DNA from: Lingula anatina
Lineage: Eukaryota; Animalia; Brachiopoda
Direction: 5' to 3'
DNA: 64,000 nucleotides
Assembly: GCA_051362555.1 (NCBI GenBank)
Contig: CM120641.1
Span: forward strand, 48,118,401-48,182,400
The notes below the pieces were generated by a model. It did not search any database, had not been told where the DNA came from, and worked only from the letters and a program-made list of their open reading frames with translations. A program made the translations under genes and the position numbers. How positions within the stretch are numbered: the first letter of the stretch is position 1; every line of letters begins with the position of its first letter. This document shows positions 50,001 through 64,000 of this stretch, one piece after another.

Positions 50001-53000
50001 CTGAGAACATAAATTATCAATAAGCCACCATTACAGCTTCATTTAATGACATCATAAAAAGAAAAAATTAAACCTCCATTGGCTACACTTACAAAGTCAT
50101 ACTTCCTGCTGCCAAGTCCAACATTTAGTTTAAAGTTCACATAGTTCACAATAATTGCTGAGAACATAAATTACCAATAAGCCACTATTACAGCTTCATT
50201 TAATGACATAATAAAAAGAAAAAAATGACATAATAAAATGAAATAAATTGCCTTTTTTTTAAAGAAAAGGCATCTACCTCCATTGGCTACACTTACAAAG
50301 TCATATTTCCCGCTGCCAAGTCCAGAGTACAGTATGGATTGTCAAAGTAGTTATGGCGGACCTTATGGCGTACAGTGTGAGCAAATATGGTGGTCTTGTA
50401 GTCCGGACCAGACGCGTTGTTGTAGTAGATGTGGTTGTATTCATACGTCGGCCACATTTGTACTTTTTCTACACCCCTGTAATAAAAAGGATTCAAAGTA
50501 AGAAAAGATTTCATCACATCATTGTAACCTAAAATCATTAAGTTATCATTTTAATTCAACGATTTTCAAAGTTTATTTCTATGATGAAAATAAATCTTGA
50601 AAATGTGATTTTTTTTTTTTTTTTTGCAAGGTAAGCACAGTATCAAGTTTTCATTGATGTGTCTTTAAAAAATTCTTCGTTCATTTGGCAGATTGTTTTC
50701 ACAAAATATTATGAATTTTTTTCTTATTTTGGCTTCCTACAGATTTGCCCTCAAACTCCCACAAATTATGGATGTCCTCAGACAGGCAGCGAAAGCAATT
50801 AGTTCTATTTGAACAAATCCATGAAGCTGACAGGATATTCACATCCTTGTACAAATAGACGTCTGCCTTCTTACCAAGAATCAATAATGCTGGAACCAGT
50901 GTTGTTATGGAGGACGTTCCTGGTAAAGTTCACGTCCACACCGCGGAAGACAAGAGTACTGGTCTCTGTGTTGTTCACCAGATTCCATGTTATGTAGTTG
51001 TATTTTACCAAAATCTGAAATATGATGTTTTGGGGAAAAAAAATAATAAACTAAAGAACTTAGCAAAGATTTGTAATAAAACACACAAAAACATGGAAGC
51101 AATCCTTAGGAAATAGTGACAAAAATGAAACACAAATAAAACGTCTAGAAAACTAGAGGTAACATATTACTTCAAATATAGAATGATTTTATATCTTTGA
51201 TGCAATTATGGTTAATACTAACTCCTCACATCAGAATACAAAATGACTGTCTTGAAGTTCTTAAACAGACTTTCTTAATAACATCATTATAATCCTACTT
51301 TTTAACACCAAACACCAAAAACATTCCTCTCTGTAAATGAAATACAAACTGTCTATTTTTTCACAATCACTCAGACTGTCCATTTTTATTATCAATTTCA
51401 CCTGTTGGAAGTGATGTCCTCCTACTTCCATGCAAGGTCCAAAGGTGTTCCCATAGATGACGTTATTACTGATATTGGCCAGGACAGCTTTAGAGAATGC
51501 ATCAGCCACTGTATACATATAGAACCCTCCTTTGTTGCTTCCATAGAAGTTATTGGCAAAGGTCACATAGGGTAAGTGTTGGACATTCAGATACACTGTG
51601 GGGTTTGAAGTCAAGTTCAACATGGAGATGCCATTTCTTTCAATTTGATTCTCTGTCATGGCGACAGAAGGGTTGGTCTCGCCCACGTTGACGTACATGA
51701 CAGCACCCCCTTCATTGTCTGTGATGAGGGATTTGACCACCTTGTGTAACTTGTTATTGCCTGGAAAAACAAAAAGGAGACAGAAAAGTGAAAATGTGAA
51801 ATTTAAGAAGTTTAATTTTCTGGCTGGAGGATGCCAAGTCTTCCTGTCCTGCAGTGTGAGTTAGCAAATAAAAAACTGTCAAATGTTTACATTCTGATAT
51901 TAAATTATTCCAATATATGCTTAGTAAGATATTTAAATCCAAGTCAAAAACACCAAAGCTAACACATTTTCTACCGGTATTTGTAGCAAATAGTAGTTAG
52001 AACTATACCAAACGAGTGGCATTTTAATACCACTCTGCACTTTACACTCTGCTACCTAATGTAAATAACTGCACAACAATTTTACACATAAATATCAGAC
52101 TTGAGCCCAGGTTAAAAAAGAAAAAAGAAAAAAAAAGAACCTCTGAACATTTATCATAGGACCCAACACCTAACCTTGACAAATCTCAGGAAACATCGGA
52201 ATTCAATTAAAAATGCGGAATTGCGCTTTTCCGCAAAGAAAAAAGCTCAAGTCTGAAATAAATACAGAAATGTCAACACAAACCTGAATATCCTCTCCTG
52301 GACAAAGGCAAGATGACCACCTCAGCAATAAACCCATAGAATGGTTCCCCAGCAGCAGCATGGATGTGAACATTAAGAGTGTTAAAGCCATAATTAGTTT
52401 TATACAACTGCCTTCTTTGACTCATGGTTGCATTGGGCCACAGTACGTTTATATATGTGGTGTCGTTGATGATTTTGCCCTCATAAAATTCTATACTGTT
52501 CCTGCTGAAGTTGTCTTCTTTAAGGTTGAACTGTAAGAACCTCAACCCCACTGTGTTGGTTAGGGACCTGGACCGAATATACTTGACACAGTCCACACTC
52601 CTGTAAGAATATTTATAGTACAAGATAATCCTGTTTTCAATAACCAACTCCTTTTCTGTGTCACACATGTCCACCATACCAAAGGCATTGTAAGGAATGG
52701 AACTGTCGTTCAGAGGTTCAAAGGAGGAGGCCATCTCACGGGCGGAGGACTCGCCATTCAGAATCAAGGCTCTCACCCCATATCCATGGTTGTTGGTGAT
52801 GATGTTATTTTGTACTGTAATTTTTGCACGGGGGTCTACAAATTCATATCCATGGGAGGCACAGTGAGTGATGTTGATGTCGTCTGCAGAGGGGGTCTGG
52901 TACATTGACTGAATGGCGGCCACTTTCTCACCATGCAGCAGTCCAGCTCCGTAGATGTCAACATAGAGGAGTTCTGAGGAGCCACCCACATCTTCGTCCT

Positions 53001-56000
53001 GCATGTATTCAATGTTTGGAGAAGAAAAGCGAATGTTCCCCCAGTACTGGTGAGTACTTGGAAGATTTCTTTTTCCACATCTCATATAGACATAATTTTC
53101 TGCTGCTAGGCACTCGCCTAAACCATAGTGAATCTTGGAATAACACTGCTCCCAGCTGTCTTCATCACCATTACAGATGTACGTTCTCTGCCAGAAATCT
53201 TTCTGTGACCTGGCTCCCCAGCCATATTCATCATAGTCGTAAAGATTAGTGAAGCGATACTGGACGTTAGTGCTCTCCATTCCCATGCTACGACACATCA
53301 CTTGCGCCACCTTCTCGTGGAAATCGTTATCACAAACTAAAACATAGCGTTTCAAGGTGCTGTTATAATACTGCAAGAAGCCTTCATTGTCTGGACGGGG
53401 AGGAAAGAACTTCCCGCGGTACAACCTGACAAAATTATCAACCCGTGGAGCAGGTGGGGTAACGTACTGGGTCTTTTTGGGTAAAAACCTGATCCTATTA
53501 TCCTGCCTCCCTCTGGCTATCAGAGTTCCCAGGACAAGTATTCCAACATTAGGATTGAACTGCAACTCCACTCCAGGATCAATTTCCAGGATAACATCAG
53601 GCATGACAGTGACATCTGAATCCACAAGGTAGGGTCGCCCTCTGTTGGGAATACGGGTGTTACTAAGTACCCTGCCACCCAGGGGCAAATTTAGGCTGAG
53701 CTGATACTCCAGCTTGGGCTCCGTGGTGAGAGGAGACGTAAAACTTGGCTGCGTGAGGAAAGGATAATACTTCGCAACAGCATAGTTATTCCAGTTATCA
53801 AAATCAAAAATGCTCTCTCCAATCTTGGTCTGATTTGTCGTACCCCAGTAGTTCTGATCAACATTCAGGGTCAAACCAAGACGGCTAGACTTCAAACCAG
53901 CAATCATGGCATACTCCAGATAATTGGAAATTAAAAGGTTTCTATGGAACTGGACTGGTTGCACACCTTTCAGAGCCAGGACATAGCTGGTGGGGTTGTT
54001 CATGAAAATGGTGGGTGTGGTGGTGACTACTAGTCTTCTGTTATTAGAGAACCGATTGTAGGACACCAGGCCGTGGATCTTGGAGGCGTTTTCTACATGT
54101 GACCACGTGTCGATCTCCAGCATGAAGCGTCCAGTGTTTCTGATCACCTCATTGTCATGGATGTATAGGTCTTTCTCCATGCCTGATATATAAATCAGCC
54201 CATTTTTACAAGTGTTATCTCTAAACGTGTTCCTATAGATGGTGGTGTTGGCATAATGTCCACCAATAACAAACTGGAATCTGAGATTGTTCTCAAATAA
54301 TGTATCATTCACCTCCACGCTGTGGTTAACGCTATGGTTGCCGAAGTAACGGAAATCATCAGAAACCTCAGGCAACTCTATCACATAACCACCCTCTTGG
54401 TTCCACATAAATCTGTTATTTCTCAACTTCCATTTCCACACGTTATTTGAGAACTCCACATGGTTGTGCTCGGCCAGAACTCCTTTGGCATTGCTGTCTA
54501 TGTCACAGTCCTCCATTCTGTAGGTTATGTTACTGATGTGTTCAGCGCGTAATAACTCGTCCAGATTGGGCTCGTACAAGTATTCTTCTGTGTACTTGGA
54601 GACACTGGGAGAGAACAGCGCCTCTGCTTTACTGCGTAGTATTCTGGTTCCTGAAATGATACACGAGATAAACAATTTGAGAACAAAACTTTGGTTTTGC
54701 TTTCTGTATGCAATCTTTGGCATAATGTTAGTGCTTCTTTCTCATATGATAAATTAAAGCAGAGTCTCAATGTTCTGAGTTTAGCCAACTTAATTTCATT
54801 AAGCATATAATAGCTGTAAATTTCAGAAAATGTGAGACCCTAAAACCTAATTTTAAGATGTCATAAAGCTTTAAATCTGAGGAAAGATAACATATGACAC
54901 TTACATCATAAAATAAATAAATAAATAACCTAAAATAAATAAATAAATAGTTCTTAAACAGCAATCTATCCAAACTTACCCATAATGTTAATAAACTCTT
55001 CATATCTTCGATGGAATATCTCCAGCCTCCTGTTGGAGGGACTGTTGTAATGGCGGGTCACGATACCATTGTAGTTATCTGTCAGGGTGCAGTTCTTCAA
55101 CTGTAAGGTTGCTATGGGTCTGTTGTTGGGATTGTTGGCATCAAACCTCACTGCAATCAAGATAAAGAAATATTAACTTTCATTAAGACACTTTAATACA
55201 AACTAGTAGGAGTTTTAAATCCTTGTTATCCAAACACTGATACATAACATCATAAGAATTATAACGTGTATATATTAACGTGTGAACTAGCCATAGGCTG
55301 TTACATTTGGCAAGAGTTACTGGCAGATTTATATTAAATCTCAGTGTGGGCAGGATAGAAAGAGCAGACCAGAAATAGTCGGTTCAAATAAAGTTTAGAA
55401 ATCCTAATTATTTTTGATAGGTGTGTCTCTGGCTAAGACACCTGTTTATTCCTATTTTCTACATCTTATCTCATTTTGTGTAAGTTTTATATAAGAGTAC
55501 CCTGATCAAGGTCAATATTTTACTGACAATCTGTTCATTACCTGAGGTAGCCAACATGGCCAGTCTCCCAGACTGGGGTCCCTTCACCTTGTATTTGAAT
55601 GTTATAGTCTTGGAAGTTGACAAATACGGAAACTCCACCAAGTTCTCCTCTATGTCCACTATCCTGCTGTTGGCCATGTTGTTCCTGGGGCCATCATATA
55701 TCAGCAATTTCTCCACTGAGGTCACTGGGTTGTAATCCAACATTGTTACCAGCACACGGAACCTGTCATCAATTTTGGAATCTTTTTTATTCAAACAAAA
55801 TCTTTGATAATTTTTCTTAACTTTGAGTACTTTGTACATGTATCTACCTTTATTCAATGGTTTATCAATGACGTATAATTCCTAAGAAAAAAACATGAAA
55901 ATATCAAAGCTTTTTTCTGAAACAAGCATAAGCACTTAATAATCTAATCCTTCCTACTTCATACTTGATAAAATGACAAAATTAAGCCACAAACACCAAC

Positions 56001-59000
56001 CTAGAATCTTGAACTTCCACTTCAAAGGTGGTTTCCATGTCCAGCGTCTGTCCCATCTGCTCCGTCAATAAGAACAGATAGTCACCTTCATTGTTGTCCC
56101 CAGTTCCGAGGATAATCTTCTGGCTCTGTCCCGCAGGAAGTGGGATAACCACAGTCTTGTCACGGCTAAGGGCCACCCAGGAGCGCACATTCCAGGCATC
56201 GTATTCGCTGAAGCGGGGGTCAAAGCGGAAACCAGCTTGCTGATTATGAGATAAGGTGGAGAAGGAGACAGTGAGGAAGGAGCTGCGGGTGAGGATGCCG
56301 TCACCAAGGTTGTTGTTAATGTCACAGTGGTCAATCATCTGGTCCCCCTTTGGATTATTAAACATGACTGCTATACCTGATGACAAGGTGTCACTGAAAA
56401 TAAATATAATATACAAATAAAATTTCACTCAGTGAACTGTAATGCAATTTTGGACATATTTTTATGCACTTAAAAACATGTTTGTATGCATGTTATCAAA
56501 ATGACACAAGTAACTTTTCTAAGTGAAAATGTTCATTAACAATTTAATTTGAAAAATATATTTTCTTAAATGAATAACTATACTGTAGGGAGTTATGTAT
56601 CACACTTGAATTGACTTTGGAATATAGTTACATGATAAATCTGAATCCTGACACAAATACATTTTTAAAACCTTTTTCACCAGCTAAAAATCATTCAAGC
56701 CTTTATGAATCAACAACTGCCATTTACTTTGATATTTTAGCCCGTCTTCTGCTAGAAAAGCTTACTTTATAGAGACGTAGGACATGGTATGTCTGTTGTA
56801 GTCCGTCTGGAGGGCTGGGACATACTGCATGGTGGAGTGGTCCAACAACCCTGCCTTGTCCATCTTGGTTCTCACAATAGAACTGGCACTGGCAATGGCT
56901 ATCAATCTGGTGCCTGGGAAGGGGAAATGAGATGATAATTTTTTACATATCTACATTACATTTTTGGTATATTTCCCAAAAATTGTACAATGGACTATTT
57001 GGCAATTTTTTTTTCTGAATAAAATGTATATAATTTGAAGAAAATGTATTCATCATTTTGAAAATTTCTATGTTTATCACATGAGTAATACAAATTTTCG
57101 AGTAAAAAGAAGCTGGTTACTTTAGATACACAAAATGCAGTTTTTATGTCTAAATCTCACTTTGTGTTTGATAGAACTTTGATATACTTTGACCTCAATA
57201 TATTCATCTAATAGATACACATCAAGCAAATATCCTGGCATATAAGTCATATGATAACTAATTCTCCCCTCACCTGCCCAGGTAGGCTTTTTACACTTCA
57301 CATGCACATCCATGCTGTGATCACACGAGTGTTCCATACGACTGTCAGCCATGCATTCCGTGATATTGGTGTCGTAAATGGTGCACTCCACAGCGCTGCG
57401 CCAGATGGGCATGTTGGGGTTGTCAACAGGAACCTGATAGTTGGTCTCCCAGTCATCAGGGTGAACTGTGTACCCCAACATCTGACATACAACAGCGGCG
57501 TCCTCTATGTTCCAGCCCTAGCACAGAGATAGAGAGAGAGAGAGAGATTGATAATTCATTCTGATAAAACATGTACAAAATGTAGGTACAGAGATATGTT
57601 ACAAAAGAATAAAATATAAGCAAATAGTCATGCATGTTTTTGTTTCTGAGAGGGGCATGGATGACTGGGCAAGTAATTGAAAATTGTTCTTGCTGTTGTT
57701 GATAAATTTTGAATATTTAGCAACAAGAAAATAAAATGTTAACTGGTTTTTCAGCTCAACTGTTCATGAGTTGTACAATCCCATGAAATAAAAGTAGTAA
57801 AAACGAAAATGTTTTGATTATTTTGTCTCATATTTACATGCACTTTATTCAATTCCTTCAAAATCCACTAAAACAGAAATCATTCCTATCATCTGACCCA
57901 TTTTACATATTACTAAACAACCATTTTGATGAATTTTGCATTCAAACAATTTCAAACTTACGAAACTACAAATTGTCCCCCATTCTCCGTCCACCATTAT
58001 TTCCACGCGCCCCTCCATGGCAGTGTCGTCTGCTATCCCTGACTGGCCCACCAGGCGGACAGTGCTGCTGTTATGGAAGTGAAGGTCATCCTGCAAGGTC
58101 ATAATGACATCATTCCCTGGGCTGCCAGAAACTGCCAGTTTTCCCTGAACAAGAACACCAATGGAGTTTTCAAACTCAAGACGTGCCCCAGCATTAATGG
58201 TCAACTGTAGCCCCAGGGGAATATTAATGTCCTTGTCCACTCTGTAAGTTCCAGCTGAAAGTGTTGTTGACTGCCTCAACATTCCTCCAATAGTTCTGCC
58301 TCCATTTCTTTGAAACGGAGGCTGGTAGTTAGGTTGGTTGATAGTGTAAAATCTAGTCGATAATTCATCGTTTGCCAGGGCAGGATAATATATGATGGGG
58401 GCGAGATTGTATCGATCATTGTTATCAAAAAGCCCCCTGAAGATGTTCGTGTGGTTTTTTGTCCCCCACCAGTTGTAGGTGGCATTAATGATGCTAGTGA
58501 TGTCCGTAGAATGGGTCGCCATTTGTCGAACTGAGGCAGGGTTTTGTATGTGATTACGTCGAATAACGAGATTTCCAGATGATGCAATAACCACAGCACT
58601 TGCACGGCTTCTGGGATTCAACATTTCTGTTTCGAATCCGCCCATGATGGTATTCTCCCGGACTTGATTGTACTCAAAGATCAAACTCTGGATATTAGTA
58701 ACTGTTAGCCTCATGTTGGTGACATACATTCCAGAATTGTTGTGAAAATTATTCCCTACTACAACATAGCTAACAGGCTGAGTCCTGTAAAGTCTGTTCC
58801 TTTCAAAGTTGTCCTCATTATTAATCATAAGAGCTCCAGCTTTGTGGCGCTCAATGGTGTTGTTTGCGAAGCGTCCAATGGTGTTCAGCATGGGAGTGGC
58901 GCGGAAGGCATGCCCGACATTATCACTGAACGTACTTAGGCCTACAGTAACATTGTGCATATGGCCGATACCATGGTAACAAGGTTCATATTCCACGCAG

Positions 59001-59448
59001 TCTCTATGGTTATCGGAGAAAGAAGTAAAATTCACCACAGATTTGCCTGTCTTGCAGTAGTTCCCAAACTTCACTGCAGACTTCCAGTTAAATTGAAAAT
59101 TAGAATTGATAATTTCTGTGAGATATTCACTTTCATTACGGGTCCTGTTCAACAATTGGTAGCCTACAAATGCACCGTAATCATTGCCAATAAAGTCCGT
59201 AGTATTGATGATACGCCTCCCACCTGCTGTGGTGATATTAAGCCCACTGTCAACATTATACAAGAACTGCGAATCTGAGATGAAAACATCGCCTGCACCA
59301 CCGTAGACATGGATGCCAGCATGGAAAGCATTATGGGATATATTGGAGCTCTTCACAACTACGCTGCTGCGCATCTTACGCACTGTGATTCCACGCTGGG
59401 TATTGTTGTAGATTCTACTTGATGTAAGGTTGAAGTCGGCTGATGGGC
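47021..59448 (-). CDS. bark: Protein bark beetle / Anakonda-like large single-pass membrane protein (SRCR, PbH1 beta-helix, CUB-like, C-type lectin, TM, cytoplasmic tail); 3' 14 exons, 5' exons beyond window end
   Basis: GT-AG exons: 59448-57962, 57517-57274, 56913-56766, 56393-56001, 55762-55542, 55150-54980, 54650-52284, 51760-51402, 51014-50875, 50476-50297, 49811-49549, 49187-49093, 48765-48564, 47913-47021. SRCR motifs (VRLVG..EGRVEIMVDGEWGTIC..WNIEDAAVVCQMLG; VCDNDFHEKVAQVMCRSMG), Asn-rich beta-helix repeats with NWWG/NYWG, C-type lectin (CQPGWHEYNNRCFY..LPYICEK), TM (WVIIVVSVMGVIVLILIIIICLAY) and C-terminal ETEI. Confidence 0.88.
49965..50322. repeat. Two-unit tandem duplication (offset ~204 bp) covering a bark exon end and intron
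   Basis: ACCTCCATTGGCTACACTTACAAAGTCATA.TTCC.GCTGCCAAGTCCA at 50072-50120 and 50276-50324; GTTCACATAGTTCA.AATAATT.CTGAGAACATAAATTA at 49978 and 50135. Confidence 0.85.
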
Positions 59449-62166
59449 CTGCAAAAGATTTTTAATAAAAATGGATATTTAGAAACATTTTGCCAAATTT
59501 TGCATGTCAGAAACTGGTCCACTTCTTCAAATTCAATTTCTTAACTTTTGAATTATATGAACCTATCAGCTTGATAATCATAAACAAGGCAGCAAAGCTG
59601 TCAAATGTACAGACAAAAAACAGAAAATAAAGATGCAAAATAGGTCACACCGGTAACACCGACGAAAGTAAAAGCATAAGGCTTCACGCCCATCAGAGTT
59701 CAAGTTTATACTTTGAAAGTGCCAGAATGAGAAAAATGAAAATTTCACACAAAAAAATTCAATAAAAGAATTGACCAATTGACCTGGCCTTCTAATTTGA
59801 ACTGCATGCCAATCCTAAAAATCATACTTGTATGTTAAAAATAATAATAGGTAACATAGTTTTATTTCATAATGTTTGCAGTAGCAGTGCAAAAAGATTT
59901 TTGTCAATTTTGATGTAACATTACATAATAAATTATAGAATAATTATCACCAATTTTTGATTATTGACTGTAAATAGCAAGGACATGTAGAAAATTTGAT
60001 TACCATTCGGCTTCACGTCCATGGGAGTTCTGAGTCCCACAATGAATATGCCAAAAAGATAATAATGAATATTTCACTAAAATGTATAACTTCCAGAAAA
60101 AGAGGCTAATTAGACTGCTTTTCCAACTCAGGCTGCATTTCAGTCCTGTGTTTCTTTTTTTGAAAGTTTGACAGTCATAAGTAACATGGTTTTCCCATAA
60201 TGGTCATCATGGCAGCAACACCAAAAATTGTGTTTTCTTCTATTTTGATGCAACATTACATAATGTTTAACAGCAAAATGACCATCAATTTTTAATAAAA
60301 TATTAGTATCATGGATATTCAGAAAATGTGACTAGCAAAGGTCTTCAAGCCCGTGGAGGTTCTAAGTCACACCTTGAAAATGCCAATATGTGAAAAATTA
60401 AATTTTCACAAAAAACTGTTTAATTGCCAGAAAAATTTACCAAACAGACTGCATTGCCTACTGAAGCTGTATTTTAGTCCCATGCTTCTTTCCTGTAAGT
60501 TTGAGAACAGTGAGTGACATGATTTTCCTTAAATGATCATCATGGGAGCAGTGCCCAAAATAGGGGTTTCTTCAAATTTGGATGCAATATTACATAATGC
60601 TTAACAGCATAATAACCATCAATTTTTAATAATAAAATATTAGTATCATGGATATTCAGAAAATGTGACTAGCAAAGGTCTTCAGGACCATGGAACTTCA
60701 AAGTCACATCTTGAAAATGTCAAAATGTAAACAAGACAGCACTTTTCTGAAATGGGTTTATTTCCATTTTTAACACTTTTTTAACATAAAACAAAATAAA
60801 CATAATTTACAGTTTACTGCCATTTTTATATGATCAACTAAAAAAATTGATGAGATGGGAAAAATATCAATAGAACAGTGTTAAATGTCCAATTTCCTCC
60901 ATTCTGAGATTCTGAACATAGTGGATGATTGAATCTGACAAACTGCAATGATATGTGTTTATTTCCATTTTTGACACTTCATTACACAATACACGATAAC
61001 ATTTTTACATAATCAACTGACAATGTTGTAAAGATGCAGGAAATGTCAAACAAACACTTTTACGTATCTTATTAGTTCAATAATGAGACTATTAACATGC
61101 CTAAGAATTGAATCTGAGGAAATGTGAAAAAAAAAAAGCATAACTTCTAAAATAATGGCCCGATTATGCTGATTTTCATACTCAACCTATGTTTTAGTAA
61201 GATTGACCATTAGCGAGTACAATGACAATTGGCCTATCTGTTTTTCTTATATTGCAGTGTTGCATATATGCTGAAAAAAATGAAAAAAAAGCATAACTTC
61301 CCTAAAAATGACCCGATCATGCTGATTTTCGAACTTGACTGGCGTATTATGAATATTCATCAGTTCTGTAACTTTCAAGCCAAAAGGTAAAACGGTTTTC
61401 CACTTAACGTGTTTACGGAGTTGCATATATGCTGAAAAAAGTGGAAAAAAAGCATAACTTCCCTAAAAATGACCCAATCATGCTGATTTTCGAACTTGAC
61501 CGGCTTATTATAAATATTCATCAGTTCTGTAACTTTCAAGCCAAAAGGTAAAACGGTTTTCCATTTATCGTGTTTACGGTGTTGCATATATGCTGAAAAA
61601 AGTGAAAAACAAGGCAGCAAAGCTGTCAAATGTACAGACAAAAAACAGAAAATAAAGATGCAAAAAAGGTCATTTTGTCAATTTTGATGCAATAATAAAT
61701 AATGCTTATAATAGCACTGTCAGTCAACACTGAATTTTAATCTTGCACAACAGGTAACATGGTCAATAACAGGAGCAGACCCAGAGATATTTTCTGACAG
61801 TATTACAAAGTATCTATGTTGATCCATCCTCCATTTTGATGGTCTTCCAACAGAAAAAAATAGATACCAGTCAATATAAACTTAATAACCTGACTGTCTT
61901 CCGGAAGACCCAGAGGATGGTCTCAATCCACCCCTTCAATAAGATTACAGTTTCAGGACCATGAGAGTTCAAATTCACATTATGAAAGTCTCAATATTTG
62001 AAAAATGATGACAGTGCATAAAATAATATAACATAATGTTTAAAGACATAAAAAACAATACAACTGCTTATGTAGAAATACAGAAAATGTGCAGAGCCCC
62101 AGGCAGATGAGAGTTAAAAGTCACAAATGCAAGTGTTTGAGAAAAAATTATAAAGGAAAACAATAA

Positions 62167-62405
62167 AACTAGAAAAGCACTTTGAGAGTGCAGACCTCTG
62201 CCAAGGCAGCAATTGTTGATTATTATTGATAATTGATTGATTATTGATCCAGACCACCACCAAAAATTAATCATTGTCCTCTTTGGCCCACTTCCGACAG
62301 TTCCTGAAAATTTCTGCAAAATCGGTCCATAACTTTTTTGTGTTATGTGGATGACAGACAAACAGGGGTGAAAATATAACCTCCTTGGCAGAGCTTGAGG
62401 TAAAT
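62167..62405 (+). mobile_element. Short non-autonomous interspersed element (AACTAGAA...AACCTCCTTGGCAGAG type) in bark intron
   Basis: The ACCTCTGCCAAGG / CCTTGGCAGAG inverted pair near the ends and a ACAGACAAACAG tract resemble widespread Helentron/Crypton-type non-autonomous repeats. Superfamily not resolved. Confidence 0.5.
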
Positions 62406-62449
62406 ATAATTCCAATGAAGATGCTATTCAAACTTTTAATCTTCCAGTT

Positions 62450-62550
<101 letters not shown>

Positions 62551-64000
62551 AAACTTATTTGCAATATTAAACAAAATTTACCTGCATAATTATCACTGCT
62601 TCCTTATTATTAATCTAGCAGAGAGCTTTACCTATGGGAGTTTACAGGGAAATATCAACAAGTGTGCTTTACGTAATCTCATTTAATGGCCTATTAAAGC
62701 AAATGACTTTATAACTCTGAAATTAATCTAGTGATACCCAAGGGTAATTTACAGACTGACCCACTCAAAGGTCTTCAGGCCCATAAGTCACACCTTAAGA
62801 AAAGCACAAAACCATAATGCCCAAAATAGGAGACTACCAATCTTGATGCAATAATACATTATGTTTAACTGCACAGTCAACATCAACTTATGCACAACAG
62901 GTCACACAGACGAAAGTAAAAGCATAAGGCTCCAGGCCCATCAGAGTTCAAGTTTATACTTAGAAAGTGCCAGAATGAGAAAAATGAAAATTTCACAAAA
63001 AATGCATAAATACAATAAACATGATAATCCAATAGAGCTGGTTTTCTCATGAGCTGAAGGCCAATCCTAAAAATCGTACTTGTAAGTTTAAAATTATAAT
63101 AAGTGGCGCAGTTTTCTTTTCATAATGTTTGCAGTAGCAGTGCAAAAAGATTGTTGTCAATTTTGATGTAACATTACATAATAAATTAGAGAATAATTAT
63201 CACCAATTTTTGTTTATTGAATATAAATAGGATGGACATGTAGAAAATATGATTACCATTTGGCTTCATGTCCATGGGAGCTCCGAGTCCCACAATGAAT
63301 ATGCCAAAAAGATAATGAATATTACACTAAAATGTATAACTTCCAGAAAAAGAAGCCAATTAGACTGTTTTTCTAACTCAGGCTGCATTTTAGTCCTGTG
63401 TTTCTTTTTTGAAAGTTTGACAGTCATAAGTAACACGGTTTTCCCATAATGGTCATCAAGGCAGCAGCACCAAAAATTGTGTTTTCTTCTATTTTGATGC
63501 AACATTACATAATGCTTAACAGCATAATGACCATCGATTTTTAATAATAAAATATAAGTGTCATGAATTTTCACAAAATGTGACTAGCATGGGTCTTCAA
63601 GCCCGTGGAGGTTCTAAGTCACGCCTTGGAAATGCCAATATGTGAAAAATTAAATTTTCACAAAAAACTGTTTAATTGCCAGAAAAATTTACCAAACAGA
63701 CTGCATTGCCTACTGAAGCTGTATTTTAGTCCCATGTTTCTTTCCTGTAAGTTTGAGAACAGTAAGTGACATGATTTTCCTTAAATGGTCATCATGGGAG
63801 CAGTGCCCAAAATAGGGGTTTCTTCAAATTTTGATGGAATATTACATAATGTTTTACAGCATAATGACCATCAATTTGTAATTATAAAATATTAGTATCA
63901 TGGTTATTCAGAAAATGTGACAAGCAAAAGTCTTCAGGCCCATAGAACTTCAAAGTCACATATTGAAAATGCCAAAATGTAAACAAGACAGCACTTTTCT

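Noticed and set aside
5978-59448. Functional cluster of cyclase, PC2 and bark (all on the minus strand)
   Set aside because: No shared pathway or operon-like spacing is evident; co-orientation of three genes is expected by chance.

Overview
AT-rich, intron-containing animal DNA, probably from a marine invertebrate (lophotrochozoan-like, though the taxon cannot be proven from sequence alone). It is not prokaryotic, and I found no CRISPR, rRNA or credible tRNA. I assembled four protein-coding genes by hand from GT-AG splice sites. (1) An intronless type II membrane protein with a DxD motif, glycosyltransferase-like (+, 3851-4963). (2) A 7-exon ADP-ribosyl cyclase of the CD38/CD157 family with signal peptide and GPI signal (-, 5978-12825). 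(3) A complete 13-exon prohormone convertase 2, PC2/PCSK2 (-, 18243-35108). (4) The last 14 exons of a Bark beetle/Anakonda-like SRCR/PbH1/C-type lectin transmembrane protein (-, 47021-59448; the 5' part lies beyond the window). Non-coding DNA is rich in DNA transposons: a 3.5 kb Academ-type element in a cyclase intron, a 7.4 kb TIR element with a decayed XPG/FEN1-like nuclease ORF, several MITE families, and tandem duplications. Three observations stand out: PC2 has lost both cysteines of a disulfide conserved across proprotein convertases; the cyclase has Ala at the position of CD38 Glu146; and exon ends with their 5' splice sites are tandemly duplicated into introns of both PC2 and bark. 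In PC2 the duplicate forms an in-frame candidate replacement exon lacking the catalytic His.
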